Shown here: one piece after another, positions 51,790 through 64,000 of the stretch
Position numbering within the stretch: position 1 is the stretch's first letter
Layout: each line of letters begins with the position of its first letter
Assembly: GCF_009914755.1 (NCBI RefSeq)
Contig: NC_060927.1
Strand: one strand, 5' to 3'
Source of the DNA: the human T2T-CHM13v2.0 reference genome, Homo sapiens
Length of the DNA stretch: 64,000 nt
Notes under the pieces: generated by a model
Told to the model about the DNA's origin: nothing
The model's input: the letters and a program-made list of their open reading frames with translations, nothing else
Databases searched by the model: none
Translations under genes and position numbers: made by a program

Positions 51790-54310
51790 CACCCCTGACC
51801 AGCTCGGCCCTGCTTGTGGTATCACTGAGTCCTGTGTGTCCAGAGCTTAAATCAAGGTAGCGGCCAGCCTGGATCTTTGTTCAATGTTAATACGCAAGTA
51901 TTGGATGGGTCACAGTCCCTCCTGCTGCACCTGGTCTCAGTGCTGGAACTGATGCTCAGCAGCACCCCCACCTCACCACCTCTTCTGGAAGCCGCCACCT
52001 GCGGTCCGTGTGTCAGCTGCTCTGGGACATTTGCCTGGTGGGGTAGCCTGGTCTTCCTTGGGGGTTCTGAGACCTCAGTTGGCTTGCCCTTTTCCAGCTG
52101 AGGTTGCTGCAGCTGCCCACTTGTCATTATCCCCAGGTACGGAAGGACCAGGGGAAGCCCCAGAGCCTTCCCTGAGTTTTAGATGTCTCCACCCTGGGCA
52201 GCAGCAGTAGTCTTCTCACAGTGGCCAAGTTGATCACCCTCACAAGCAGGCTCACTGCTGGGCTGTGGTTGTGGCTTCAGGTTCAGTGGCATATTTGTCA
52301 TGTGTCCCATCCCACCATCAAGCCAGGACTGCTAATTTGGCAGAGCGAAACATTGTGGGGCAGGAAGTCTGTGTTCTGCAAAAGGGAATGATGGTGAGTG
52401 GGCCTCCTCCCCAAACTCCAGGTGTGTATTCCGGTTCCGGGGCCCAGCCTGGGCTCATTGCATGCACTGCCGCCCACAGGACAAGACCCCAGCCCTCGGG
52501 CTGCTAGTCAGGCGGGCACCTGAGCTGAGTCTCCCATGGGCCACTCCTCTTAGACCAGCCACTTCTGAGTAATGTGAAATAAAGTGAGGTCAGGACACCC
52601 ATTCTTACATTCCTGTTGTCACCTCCTTACAGCAGCTCAGTCCCCTAGTCCAAGGCAATTGTGCAGGATGCCAGGGTTCCCTGAGGAGTAAGCTTTTAAA
52701 CTTAAGGATTGCATTGTACATAGTGGATTAACTTCTCTCCTGGGTATCTAGTATGGTACCAATTCTGTATCATCCTGGGGTACACTGAGAAAGTCATCAC
52801 TCGAATCATTTTCTGTGTGTTCGGTTCTGATGGGAAACTGATTGAGAAGCCTCCTGCCCTGCTGGAGAAATGTTGCCACCAGATCCCCATGAGCCCTGGG
52901 AAGGGGATGTCAGTGGAGGCTCTGCAGCCAGAAGGCAAACCAGGGTGGGTGCACATGCGAGCTGCTGCCCCTCCATGGGGGGCAGGGTCCAAAGTAACCA
53001 ACCTACCATTGAGTAGCTGTCAGTCTCAAGGGATGTCTCCAATCACCGACTCAGCATCTGTCTCTGCCACTGTGATTGCTTATTTCCCAGCAACAGTAGC
53101 GGAGACCGATGGCTCCACTCTTGCCCTCCTGGTGCCTCTGTTCATAAACCGCTTGTGCAAGCGCTGGAGTGGCCAAGGACACAGGCTGACTGGCGGCCAC
53201 TGACCAGGTCAGGCTCCCCTGGTTGTCACATCTGTCTGTGGTAGATGCACACACTTTGTGCCCAACCTGTCCTTTAACCCCAGACCTCCTGGCCTCAGAT
53301 CTCCCAAGCTCGCTCCTTCTGGGTCCATGGCCAGCCAGCCTGGCCACACAAGTTCATGCCACTCCCTCCTCAGGTCAGGGTCTCTCCCTACAGCTGGAGC
53401 CATTGAGGGCACTGCTTACAGGGCTGCCCGAAGCACTGCTCCTCTACAGGGGCGCTCCTGGGAACTGTAGAACAGCATGGGGGTCCATATTTGGTTGCAG
53501 ACCCGTCTGTGGGCCAGGCCTTCATTTTTAATTCTATCAGGTGGCCTTAGGGGACCCTCCCATGAAGCCATAGGTGAGCCCAGGAATAGGTGTCAGCGCA
53601 ACAGAGATGGGTGACAGGGAGTCTGGGCCTCCTCCGCAGACCTGCTCAGGTCTGGACCTGAGCGCCTCCGCCTTCTGTCACACAATGGGTGGCCACTGTG
53701 CCAGCCATCCAGCCACCTCAGGACTCAGTGGATCTGATCACAGCCAGCTGCTTGCTGTCACAGGGTCACTGGATGTCCCAGGCTCTGCAGGGCCCAGCAG
53801 CATTCCAGGAGCTCCTTCTAGGACAGCACGCCCTCGCTGCAGGACTCTAAGCAACTTCCTACCAGAACTGGCCGGAGATCCCGCACGAAGGCGTGTCTGT
53901 TGCCATCACATTGTGTGGCCAGGCCTCAGGGCAGATTGACCACAGTCAGAGCCTTCTGCCGGGGCCTGTCTTGCTCTGGGGCCCACTCAAAATGTGTAGC
54001 CTTTGAGCTACCTGATGAATGCAGAGCAGTGTCCCCAAGGCTGATAGCTGCTGCATCCCAGTCCCAGAAGGCCCACTAAATGCTGTGCCTCTTTCTTTGT
54101 GGTAAAAGGTGTGAGGGGCAATAGCTTCTCCTTTTCCCCAAAAGAGATTTCACAGCCTGCCCCAGAGCTTGGGATCCCTCAGGTCCCCACGGATACAGCA
54201 AGCCCCATGCATCTTACCAAGATAACCAGGTTGCATGCCACACTGCTTCCCGGGCCTGCTTAGCACGGCTTCAGCAGCAGAGTGGACCAGCACAACATTC
54301 CATGGCACAT
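51790..54310 (-). pseudogene. Decayed ERV-L internal pol region (RT, RNase H, integrase)
   Basis: Minus-strand peptides KEKLLPLTPFTTKKEAQHLVGLLG (54133-54062), SVAASQPVSLATPALAQAVYEQ (~53207-53142), W*VGYFGP (~53008-52985) and EGWGLVLWAAVHAMS (52497-52453). They match recalled ERV-L Pol motifs KDKLLHLAPPTTKKEAQRLVGLFG, SVDTSQPLSPATPVIAQWAHEQ, WQVDYIGP and QGWGKVLQKAVYALN, in the correct order. Confidence 0.8.
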
Positions 54311-55029
54311 TAGTTCCTCCTATGGCACACTAAGCTTTTTTAACTCTGATTCAATGGAACCTTTTCACACTGTTAAACTGCACATATGCTATGATGCATT
54401 ATTACACCAGTGATTCCAGCTACATATTTTTTGGCCTCTCTTGGTCTTGGGTATCTAGGGGTCCAGAGGGATGTGGAATTACACTCATTCAGGTTCATGA
54501 TGATTATTTTGGGTAGTGGGGTTTGGGAGTGATTATTTAATTTTGTTTTTTAATTTCTCTGTATTGTTTAAGTTTTAGAGTACGCAAGTTTAGTTGTGAT
54601 TAAATAACATTTGAACATTCAGTAAAAATTGCTGAATGTATCATTTCAGCCAAAATGCTGGAGTCAGGTGAGTTTAGATGGGAACCAGGGGTGACCTAAG
54701 AGAACAGTGGGGGAGTGAGAAGCCGGGCTCCCCTGGAGGTGGGCTGGAGGCTGTCCTGGAGGTGGACTGGAGGCTCCGCTGGAGGTGGACTGAAGGCAAA
54801 CCTGGATGTGCTCCAGGCCCAGGTTCACATCAAGGGGCATGATCTGCTAGGGAGGGTGTTGGAAACCGTCCGGACCTTTCAGGAGCTAAGAAGTCAGAAG
54901 TAGGTCCAGATCTCAGGAAAGAGGCTGACAGGATGAGACAGGGACGATGTCTATTCCAGCAGGCTGGAGGTGAGAGAGGCCCCAGTGTCATTAAAACAGA
55001 CCCAGTGGGCAGGGAAACAAAAACAGTAT

Positions 55030-55860
55030 CGGAGGCACTTATGTGATCCTTCAGCCGTACAGTGCTCTAAACCCTTATTCATATCTTCCAAACAACCGCA
55101 ATAAGTAGGGTCTATAGTTATTCCCATTTTATAAATGTGGAAACTGAGGCAAGGAAAACTTTAATACTTCCCTGAAGGAAACTGAGGCAGGAGTCTAGAT
55201 CTAGACATGGGGTCAGCATTAATTCCCTCACCCATGCATTGTTTTCAACAAATATTTCCATGTACCTGGTGCTGTTTCTGGTACTGAGAAAACAGAAGGC
55301 ACCAACCGTCCCCCAACATACCCTGCCCCCAGGGCAGCCCCACCTGGTAGGGAGGATGCATGCAACATGGAAACACACAGATTTATTGTTACAAACAAGG
55401 ACAGGGCCTTGAAGCAAGAGTATACAAGATGCTCACCTGGCTAGGGGGTCAGGGCAGGGCTCCTGGAACAAAGAATATTTTAGCAGAAGCTGAAAGAATC
55501 CATAGAAGTTAGAGGTTGAAGAACATTCTGGGCAGAGGGAACAGCATGTGCAAGGGCCCTGTGGTGAGCAGGAGAGTCGTTCATTAGGGGCTTCAAAAGC
55601 AGTGCCACATAGGGATTAGCAAGCAAGAGGGAGTCTGGTGGGAGATGGGAATGAAGAGGTGGCAGAACGTTGTGCCTAGGAGAAGGAGTTTGGATTTCAT
55701 TCTTGGCTGGACGGTTTTGAATAAGGCAGTAACTGGTCTAATTGACATTTTCACAGAACACTAGCTGCTGCATAGAGTCAGGAGGCAAAGGAGGATGCAG
55801 AAAGACCCGCTAGGCGGTGATCGTGGTAACGTGGGCGAGAGGGGGTGGCTGCCTGGGCCG
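55030..55860 (-). mobile_element. MIR (~55030-55225) followed by L2 remnant (~55230-55860)
   Basis: attcccattttataaatgtggaaactgaggca; ttcaacaaatattt...ggcagagggaacagcatgtgcaagggccctg. Confidence 0.7.
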
Positions 55861-55869
55861 CAGCAGGGA

Positions 55870-56090
55870 AGGGGCTGCCCTCCTTAAGATTTCTTGCAAG
55901 TCCCTCACACTCTCACTTAGAGCCCTTCAGCTAGAACTTAGTCCCATGGCCACACCTAACTGCAAGGGAGCCTAAGAAATGTGATCTCTATTCCCAGCAC
56001 CCCTGTGCCATGGAAGACTCTGGCATTCTGTTTCTAAGGAAGAAAAGGGGGATGGATATTGCGGCAGACATCTAGCAGCTCTGCCAGTGT
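55870..56090 (-). mobile_element. MLT1J/K-like MaLR LTR fragment
   Basis: gaacttagtcccatggccacacctaactgcaagggagcctaagaaatgtg. Confidence 0.65.
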
Positions 56091-56184
56091 GATTTCATTT
56101 TCTTTTATTTTTTCATGGATGTGCCATAATTTTTCCCCCGCTTGGTTGAGGTGCAGTTGACAGTCTGCCACTGTGATTCAGACT

Positions 56185-57996
56185 TGGTAGTGGTGATGGT
56201 GCCAATGAGGCTGGAAGTGGTAGAGGTTAGGTATTAGGTGGTGGTAGGCGTGAGGTGGCAATGCTGGCACTAGGGGTGGCAATGAGGATGTTTCTGGTGG
56301 CCATGGTGGCTTCCTGAAGGTGGGAGCAATGATGGCCGGCAAGGTGGGGGTCCAAGCACTGGTGGTGCATGTGAGGTGATAGAGAAGGTGGTGGTGGCAG
56401 AGGTGATGGTAGAGTCTCATTGATGGTGATGGACATGGTCATGGTGATGTTTGAGGTGATGCTGGTGATACTGATGTGTAAGGCAACAATATTGATCTTG
56501 CCGATACAGAAGGTGACAGTAGTAGTGGCAGTGATGGGTTTCTGTTAGTAATGATAGTGATGCCTGTAGCAGTGGTGATGATGTTGCTAACACAAAAGGT
56601 GATAATAACACTAAAGGTGATAATAACGCGGTGATGATGTTGCTAACACTAAAGGTGATAATCCCTGAGTATCTGGGATTACAGATGCGCGCCACCACAC
56701 CCAGCTAATTTTTGTATTTTTAGTAGAGACAGGGTTTCGCCATGTTGTTCACGCTGGTCTTGAACTCCTTGACCTCATGATCCTCCGGCCTCGGCCCCCC
56801 AAAGTGCTGGGATTACAGGCGTGAGCCACCGCGCCCGGCCCAATCCTCCCACTCTCTAAAGAGACATTAAGAAATGTCTCCCTCCCCAAATCTCTAACCT
56901 CTCCCCTGCTGTCCTCTGTTGCTAACACTAAAGGTGATAATGATGGTGGTGATGGTGATAATGGTGGGGATAGTGATGATGGTGGTGGTGGAGATGGTGA
57001 TGATGGTGATGGTGGTGGTGGTGATGATGGTGGTGCTGCTGCTACTGATGGTGGTGGTGGTGGTGATGGTGACAGTAGTGGTGGTGCTGGAGGTGATGGG
57101 GATGGTGATGGTGGTGATGGTGGTGGTCGTGATAGTGGTGGTGGGGATGGTGATGATGATGGTGGCAGTGGTGATGATGGTGGTGATGGCAATGATGGTG
57201 GTGGTGGTGCTGCTGGTGGTGCTGGAGGTGGTAGGGATGATGATGGTGGTGATGGTGGTGGTGGTGATGGTGATGATGGTGGTAGTGATGATGGTAGTGG
57301 TTGTGGTGATGGTGATGGTGGTGGTGGTGCTGGAGGTGGTGGGGGTGGTGATGGAGGTGGTGGTTGTGGTATGAAGATAGTGGTGGTGGTGGTGGTGGTG
57401 ATGATGGTGGTGGGGATGGTGATGGTGATGGTGATAGTAGCAATGGTGATGGTGGTGGTGGTAGTGGTGATGATGATAGTGGTGGTGGTGGTGATGGTGA
57501 TGGTGGTGGTGGGGATGGTGATGATAGTGGTGGTGGTAATGATAGTGGTGCTGGTGGTGGTGGTGATGGCGGCGATGGTGGTGGTGGTGGTGCTAGAGGT
57601 GGTGGGGATGGTGATGATGGAGGTGGTGGTGTTTATGGTGACGGTGGTGGTGGTGAAGGTGATAGTCATGGTGGTTGTGTTGGTCATGGTGGTGATGGAG
57701 GTGGTGATGGTGACAGTGGTGGTGATTGTGACGGAGGTGGTGGTGATGGTGGTGGTGATGGAGGTGGTGATGGTGATAGTGATGGTTATGGTGGTGGCGA
57801 TGGTGGTGGTTGTAATAATGATGGAGGTGGTGTTCATGGTGATGATGGTGATGGTGGGAGTCATGGTTATGGTGATGGTGGTGGTAGTGGTGGTGCTGGT
57901 AGTGCTTGTGCTAGTGGTAAAGCTGATGTTCATGGTAAGGGTAATGATTTTGCCAACACCAATATAATGTGTTATGGCTGTAATGGTGATGGTAAC
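56185..57996. repeat. (GGT/GAT)n cryptic trinucleotide tract, purest at 56940-57990
   Basis: Directly visible; interrupted by the templated insertion, and resumes at 58420-58475 after the LTR. Confidence 0.95.
56663..56916 (-). other. Locally templated insertion: partial Alu plus its flank, copied from about 59922-60171
   Basis: Shares the private Alu variant catgttgttcacgctggtc and ~75 bp of non-Alu flank with the donor; bounded by an exact 25 bp direct repeat. Confidence 0.9.
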
Positions 57997-58416
57997 TGAT
58001 ATAATTTGGATATTTGTCCCTCCAAATCTCATGTTGAAATGTAATTCTCAATGTTGGAGGTGGGGCCTGGTGGGAAGTGATTGGATCATGGGGGCAGATT
58101 TCTCATGAATAGCTTAGCACCATCCACTTGGTGCTGTCCTTGTAATAGTAAAAGAGTTCCCACAAGATCTCGTGTTTAAAAAGTGTGTGGCACCTCCCCC
58201 ACACTCTCTCATTCCTGCTTTCACCATGTGATATGCCTGCTCCCACTTCACTTTCTGCTATGATTGTAAGCTTCCTGAGGCCTCCCCAGAAACCGAGCGG
58301 ATGTTGGTACCATGCTTGTACAGCCTGCAGAACCGTGACCCAATTAAACCTCTTTTATTTATAAGTTACCCAGCCTCAAGTATTTCTTTACAGCAACACA
58401 AGAACGGCCTAACACA
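57997..58416 (+). mobile_element. MSTA/MSTB MaLR solo LTR
   Basis: TG...CA termini, tgattgtaagcttcctgaggcctcccca core, 5 bp TSD GTAAC at 57992 and 58417. Confidence 0.92.
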
Positions 58417-59159
58417 GTAACGTTAGCAGTAATGGCAATGGGCATGGTGGTGGTGGTGGCAACGGTGCTGACAATGGCTTTAATTTCTCTATCCTCCTTA
58501 TCCCAGAGTCAGGAAATTGGGTCAGTCTACTTGTTCTTTAATTTTCTTTCAGACTTGTCCTCTTCCTCCTTATGCAAAAACAAATTCCCTAAGTCCAGCC
58601 TTCCCCTCTGAGGCTCACATCAGTAGGCCATCCCACCACTCCCACTCTTGTTGCTGCATCTCCTGACCTCCTAGCCACTCTTCCTCATTCACTGAAGAAT
58701 TTGAAGAGACTCACAGGCTTCCCCATTGATCCCAGCTCTCCCATCTTCCTGGAGGAGTTTCTTGTCCACTTGGACAATCTGTCCAATGCCTGGCCTTTGG
58801 ACAGGCTCATCCTCTTTTCCTGACTGGCTCATCCTCAGTGACCTTCTCCTGCTGTGCTCTCAGACACCTTTCTCCCCACATCCTAACCTCTGTCTCTGCC
58901 CAGCTTGCCTCGTTCGGCCATCCCCTGGTTTGGCCACTCTCCCCTTCACTGGCTCCCTCCTCCAGTGCTCAGTGCAGGAGGGACTGAGCTTCCCTCTGCT
59001 TCCCTCAGTCCATCAGCCTCCTCACTTCCTTCAGTTCCCCAACCCCACCAGTCAGAGCCTGCGGAGTCTGCGTTGCAATAGCATGGAGACTGCATTGCAA
59101 TAGCATGCTTGCTAGCACCCTACACTGCATGCACCACTGTCTTTCTGTGGTCACAATCA

Positions 59160-59630
59160 GTGTTAGTTACCTATTGCTGTGTAACAGATCATCCCAAAAG
59201 TTAGCAGTTTCAACAACAGCAGACACTATGGTCTCATGCCACTTTTGTGGGTGGGGAATCCCAGAGCAGCATGGCTGGGTGGTTCTGACTCAGTCAAGAT
59301 GTTGACTATCATCATCTGAAGGCTTGACGGGGGATGGGGACCTGCTTCCAAAATGGTGTACACAGGGGCTGGCAAGCTGGTGCTGGCTGTTGACAGGAGA
59401 CTTGATTCCTCACCACAGGGACACCTCCACAGAGCCATTTGAGTGTCCTCATGACATGGCAGCTGCCTTCCCCCAGAGCGAATAACCTAAGTGAGCAGAA
59501 AGCGAAACCCACAGTGTCTTTGATGCCTGAGCTTCAGAAGTCATAGTCTGTCATTTCCAAAACATCCTGTTGGTTATCTATGTCCACTACACACAGTGTG
59601 GGCAGGGGCTCTATAGGGCATAGACACCAG
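59160..59630 (-). mobile_element. MLT1F-like MaLR LTR
   Basis: tgttagttacctattgctgtgtaaca...gtcctcatgacatggcagctgccttcccccagagcg. Confidence 0.7.
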
Positions 59631-59721
59631 GAGGCCGCTGCCTTCTTCTACCTGCACCAGAGCAGCTTAGCCCAGAGAAAGCAACCCCCAAGGGACGACT
59701 GGTTTCAGTGTGAATTCCTAA

Positions 59722-60096
<375 letters not shown>

Positions 60097-60819
60097 CCAA
60101 TCCTCCCACTCTCTAAAGAGACATTAAGAAACGTCTCCCTCCCCAAATCTCTAGCCTCTCCCCTGCTCTCCTGTCACTTTATTCTCAGGAAATGACCTCA
60201 CCTCCAATTTTACAGAAAAACTAGAAGCTACAGGAAGTCCTTCATCTTCCTGTGACCAAGCGACAAGCACACATCTCTCTCTTTCCTCCCTGCTGTTGTG
60301 AGAGGAATTGATTGCTGCTTCCGCCAAGACTGAACTCACCTGTGTGTGGCCCCAGCCCCTCTCCTTTCTGAGGACCTTACATGATGAATGCCCCTTCTCT
60401 CTACCACACATAGCCCTCCTCTTCCACACAACTTGTGTTCTTCCCAGTGGATCTGCAGTGCCCTCGGCCCCGTTATTCTTCGGCTGCTTTCTCCAGACTC
60501 CTGTAGCAGACGGCAGTGTTCACATCTTCCTTTTCCTCCTCTCCATTCCCAGGCTCCTCTCAGTTCTCTGCTCCCATGGTCTCTAAATACCATGTCCCAC
60601 TCAAAGGCACCAGGTATGAGTCAGAGCATATTCAACACGAGCCTGGAGCATCTTATAGACACAAGGGCAGCCATCAGAGACCATAGAGCCACGAAAACAA
60701 AATATGGGGGCTGCTTGCAGGGGCTCCCACTCAGGCCAGACAGCAGATACCTTGAATGTCAGAAAATTTCAATAGATGGAAAGAGAGCAAAGCTGCTAAA
60801 AACCCATGTGTTCCCAGTG

Positions 60820-61180
60820 GAGCTCAGACCTCATTGGTCAACAATGAGTATACTGGAAACCACCTCATCATTCCAGAAATATTAAAACAAAAGGAAAGAA
60901 TGGCCAGCAGTCGTGCATTTCCTATATGAACTATTTCTCAGAGTAACTAGTTGCCAAGGGAAGCTCTCTTTAGGAAAATGCCAGCTCATGTATAAAATAG
61001 AAAGAAGGGATGATGTCATCACGTCACAACCCGTCATAATGAACTAGGCATGACAACCATTGACCACCAAAGTCATGGGTGAGAAGCTGATGGGGACTTT
61101 ATCACAGATGGGCCAGGCTGGGAAGCCCTGAACCACTGGTCAGTCTTGACCCCACCAAAAAGGAGCAGGTGGACCCGAGG
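60820..61180 (+). mobile_element. L1MC4/5-like 3' UTR fragment
   Basis: aaacaaaaggaaagaat...tttcctatatgaactatttctcagagtaac...gctgatggggactttat. Confidence 0.55.
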
Positions 61181-61479
61181 CGTCCCTGAGTACCGCCGTG
61201 GGAGGCACACCCACCTATGCAGGTTCTTGCCAAGGCCTCACCCCTGAATCGAATCGAGCCTCTGTGTCCACAGAAAGTGAAGGGCACAGAGGACCGTGTG
61301 GCCCAAGGCTGGTACCACAGCACAGCTCAGCTCAGCCCGACTGGTGCCATGGCCGCTTCTGGTCCGCCTGTCCGCACTTCTCCGCTCCCTCTCCCAGCAT
61401 TTGGACAGGGCTGTCCGTGTTTGCAGTCCCATTCCCTCGGCCCCCCACTCCCATCCCAGTCTGATCGCTGCCCCCTCAC

Positions 61480-62720
61480 TCCATAGAAGCAGCTTCCACA
61501 AAGGTCAACAATGTCCTCTGTGTTGCCAGAACCAACTAATGTTCTTGAGGCCTCATTTGTCACTCTTGAGCCTCTTTGCAGTGGTCAGCGTGGTTTAACA
61601 CTCCCTTCTTCTTGAAATACCCTCCCCTCCTGGCTCCCAGGTACCCCCCAGGCCGGTTTTCTTCCCCGCAGTCCCTCCCTCCAGAGACCCCTGCTCTGTG
61701 TCCTCTGAAGGGCTCTCCTCCCCAGCCGGGCATTAAGGACAGGATTCCCGGCCCTGTTGCCTGGCTATTCCTGAGTGGCCTTGTCCACTCCAGCTCTCAC
61801 TGACTCCTTATACGCAGATGACTCTGAAACGTGTTCTCAAACCTAAGCACCTCTCTGGGTCCAGACCCATGCTCCAACCGACCATTGAAATATAGTGGGG
61901 GTCTCAAGGGCACCTCGTTCCTAGCAGGTCCAAACCTGAGCTCATGCTCTTTCTCCAAACACAGTCCTTTTCCTCCTTCCCTGTCTCAGTGGAGGGCCCC
62001 ACTATTCATTCTGATGCTTGGGCCAAACACCTGGCGGTCTGCCTCAACTGTCCCTTCCTTTTAGTCAGATTCTGACCCATCACCACAACCTTTGGGATCT
62101 CACTTCCCAGAGAAGTGTTGAGTCCATCCTCTTCTGTCTGTCTCCCCCACAGCCACCTTCCTGCATGAATGGGACTCCTCGTAACTGGTCCCTGCTGCCA
62201 TGCTGGCCTTGTCATCCTTTCTCCACGTGGCTGCTGGAATGATCTTTTCACAGTGCAAATCCAATAGTACCATCTTGCTTCAAACCCGTCTGTAATTTCT
62301 CATTGCTCTTAGCATCCAGGTGACAATAATCCTACAGCCCCTGCACCATGTGGTCCCTGACAGCCCAGCACCTGCCACCACCTGCCAGCCACAGTGGTCT
62401 TCTCCAGCCCTGGCATCACCTGTCCCTCCTGCTGTGGGGACTACACAGGTGCAGACCCTCTGCCTGCCACATGCTCCTCTCCAGGATCACCCCTGCTCCC
62501 TTTTAGATCTTGACAGCTTGTTCTCAGGGCAGTTCTGCTCATCTTCCCTTCTGCCTCCTGTGGTGCACATTTGAGTAATAGTTTCACAACTTTTGTTGTG
62601 ACTATTTGAGTCAAATCTGTTTCCTTCACTAGACTATAACCCACCTGAAGGTAGGAGTGATCTTTGCTCATCGTGGTGTCAACAAAATCCAACCTCCTGC
62701 CAGTCACGTAGTGGATGCTC
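61480..62720 (+). mobile_element. Fragmented L2 (further pieces near 58.5-59.0, 60.1-60.6 and 63.3-64.0 kb)
   Basis: aaggtcaacaatgtcctc...tatacgcagatgactctgaa...gaatgatcttttcacagtgcaaatc...cactagactataac. Confidence 0.65.
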
Positions 62721-64000
62721 AAACCTCGCTCGGTGATGGTGTCTGGAGTGTTGGTGACAGTCGTGATGGCGATGGCAGGGCGGGGGTAGTGTTGGCATGG
62801 TTTTGAACGATGAGGGTGTGTTGGTGGAGGTGGAGGTGACGGTGGTGGTGGCGACATGCAAGGGCAGTGGGAACAGTGGTGCGGGAGGTGGCTGAGGGGA
62901 TGACGGTGATGATGACAGGGATGATGATGGTGAAGCTAGTGACGGTGATCACCTTCCTACACACCAGCATGGCCGACAGACCGTTGAGCAGATTCATGTA
63001 AGGAGGGGAAATGAGGGGCTGATCTGTTCCAATGGCAGCAACCTAAGGAGACCATCCTTCAATCCAGGACTGCCTGGGCTCCTGGCCTCACCACACCCGT
63101 GTGATTTCTTCTCCTTTTGACTCAGCTTGTACCCATTCAATAGTGTTCCTCCTCCCTTTTAACTGAAGTTGGCTGGGGTTGAAGTCTGTCCCTTGTAGCC
63201 AGAGAATGCTAACTGGTGCAGATGAGACGAGGAACGGTGGGGTGAGCTAGATGGGGCCCGTTCCTTCCCACCTCCTGCTGGCCTCTCCTCCTCTCTCTGG
63301 CCTCTGAATGTCCTTGGATTTTTCTTCATCTCTGTTCACTCTCTGGGTAATCTTGTCCACTCTCATCCCCTTAATACCATGCTATAAGCTAATAAGTCTC
63401 GAGTATCCATCCCCGGTCCTGACTTTTATCCCGAAGCCAAATCCACGTGTCCGGCTATTTACCAGGCATTTCTTACATGGCTGCCTGTCACACCTCAAAC
63501 TCAGCCTGACCGGCGATGCATGGGACTTTCCTCCAGACACCTGCTCCCTGCACTGTCCTGTGAGCAGCATCTACAACATGTCTTACCAGCAGCCTTGGGG
63601 CCATCCTTGACTCCTGTCCCTCGCCCCTACATCCGATCCACCAGCAAGCCTCATCAGTTCACTTTCCAGATGCAGCCTCCCAATATCCGCCTGCACCGCT
63701 GTGCCTCCCCACGCCGGGGCCCCAGCAGCCTGCCCCATGCAGCAGCCAGAGCAGTCCAGACAGAACAGAGGCCAGCTCCTCCTCCACCCGCAACTTCCAA
63801 TGGCTGCCCATCTCCTCCACAAGGAACACAGCTCTTCAAAGGGCCCATGAGTCTTCTGACGTGGTGTAGCCTCTACCACCTCTTCTATACCTCCTCACCC
63901 CGTTCGGCTCAGGGGATGCTTTGCTTTTCGGGAGTGCTCCTGCCCCAGGGCCTTGGCACCGGCTGTGCTCTCCACAGGGAATGCCGCCCCGAGCTGCGCC

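Noticed and set aside
56749-58032. 427 aa Thr/Pro-rich mucin- or extensin-like ORF, and the overlapping poly-His, poly-Val/Met and Gly/Asp ORFs
   Set aside because: Products of a stop-poor trinucleotide tract; the ORF starts in an antisense MST LTR and ends in an Alu; no signal peptide or exon structure.

Overview
Primate, almost certainly human, genomic DNA: GC-rich, CpG-depleted, with Alu, L1, L2, MIR and LTR repeats. Only one coding exon can be supported: the last exon of EEFSEC (selenocysteine-specific elongation factor; 19676-19866, + strand, poly(A) signal at 20223). This places 1-19675 in the last EEFSEC intron and 20.3-64 kb in intergenic DNA that, from recalled chr3q21.3 gene order, runs toward DNAJB8 and the 3' side of GATA2 (neither gene is in the window). 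The other ORFs in the track are best explained as GC-rich, low-complexity or transposon artefacts. I found no evidence of a new protein-coding system. The most notable structures are non-coding: (i) about eight short AT-rich islands dense in homeodomain/GATA/TCF/SOX/FOX motifs, plus two orphan CpG islands and a convergent pair of CTCF-like motifs, consistent with a long-range developmental enhancer landscape; (ii) a ~220-250 bp non-Alu inverted repeat interleaved with an inverted Alu pair just upstream of the last EEFSEC splice acceptor; (iii) a ~250 bp locally templated insertion flanked by an exact 25 bp duplication, plus several smaller local copy events; (iv) a decayed ERV-L provirus with recognisable RT, RNase H and integrase motifs. 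Repeat subfamily names and boundaries are by eye and approximate.
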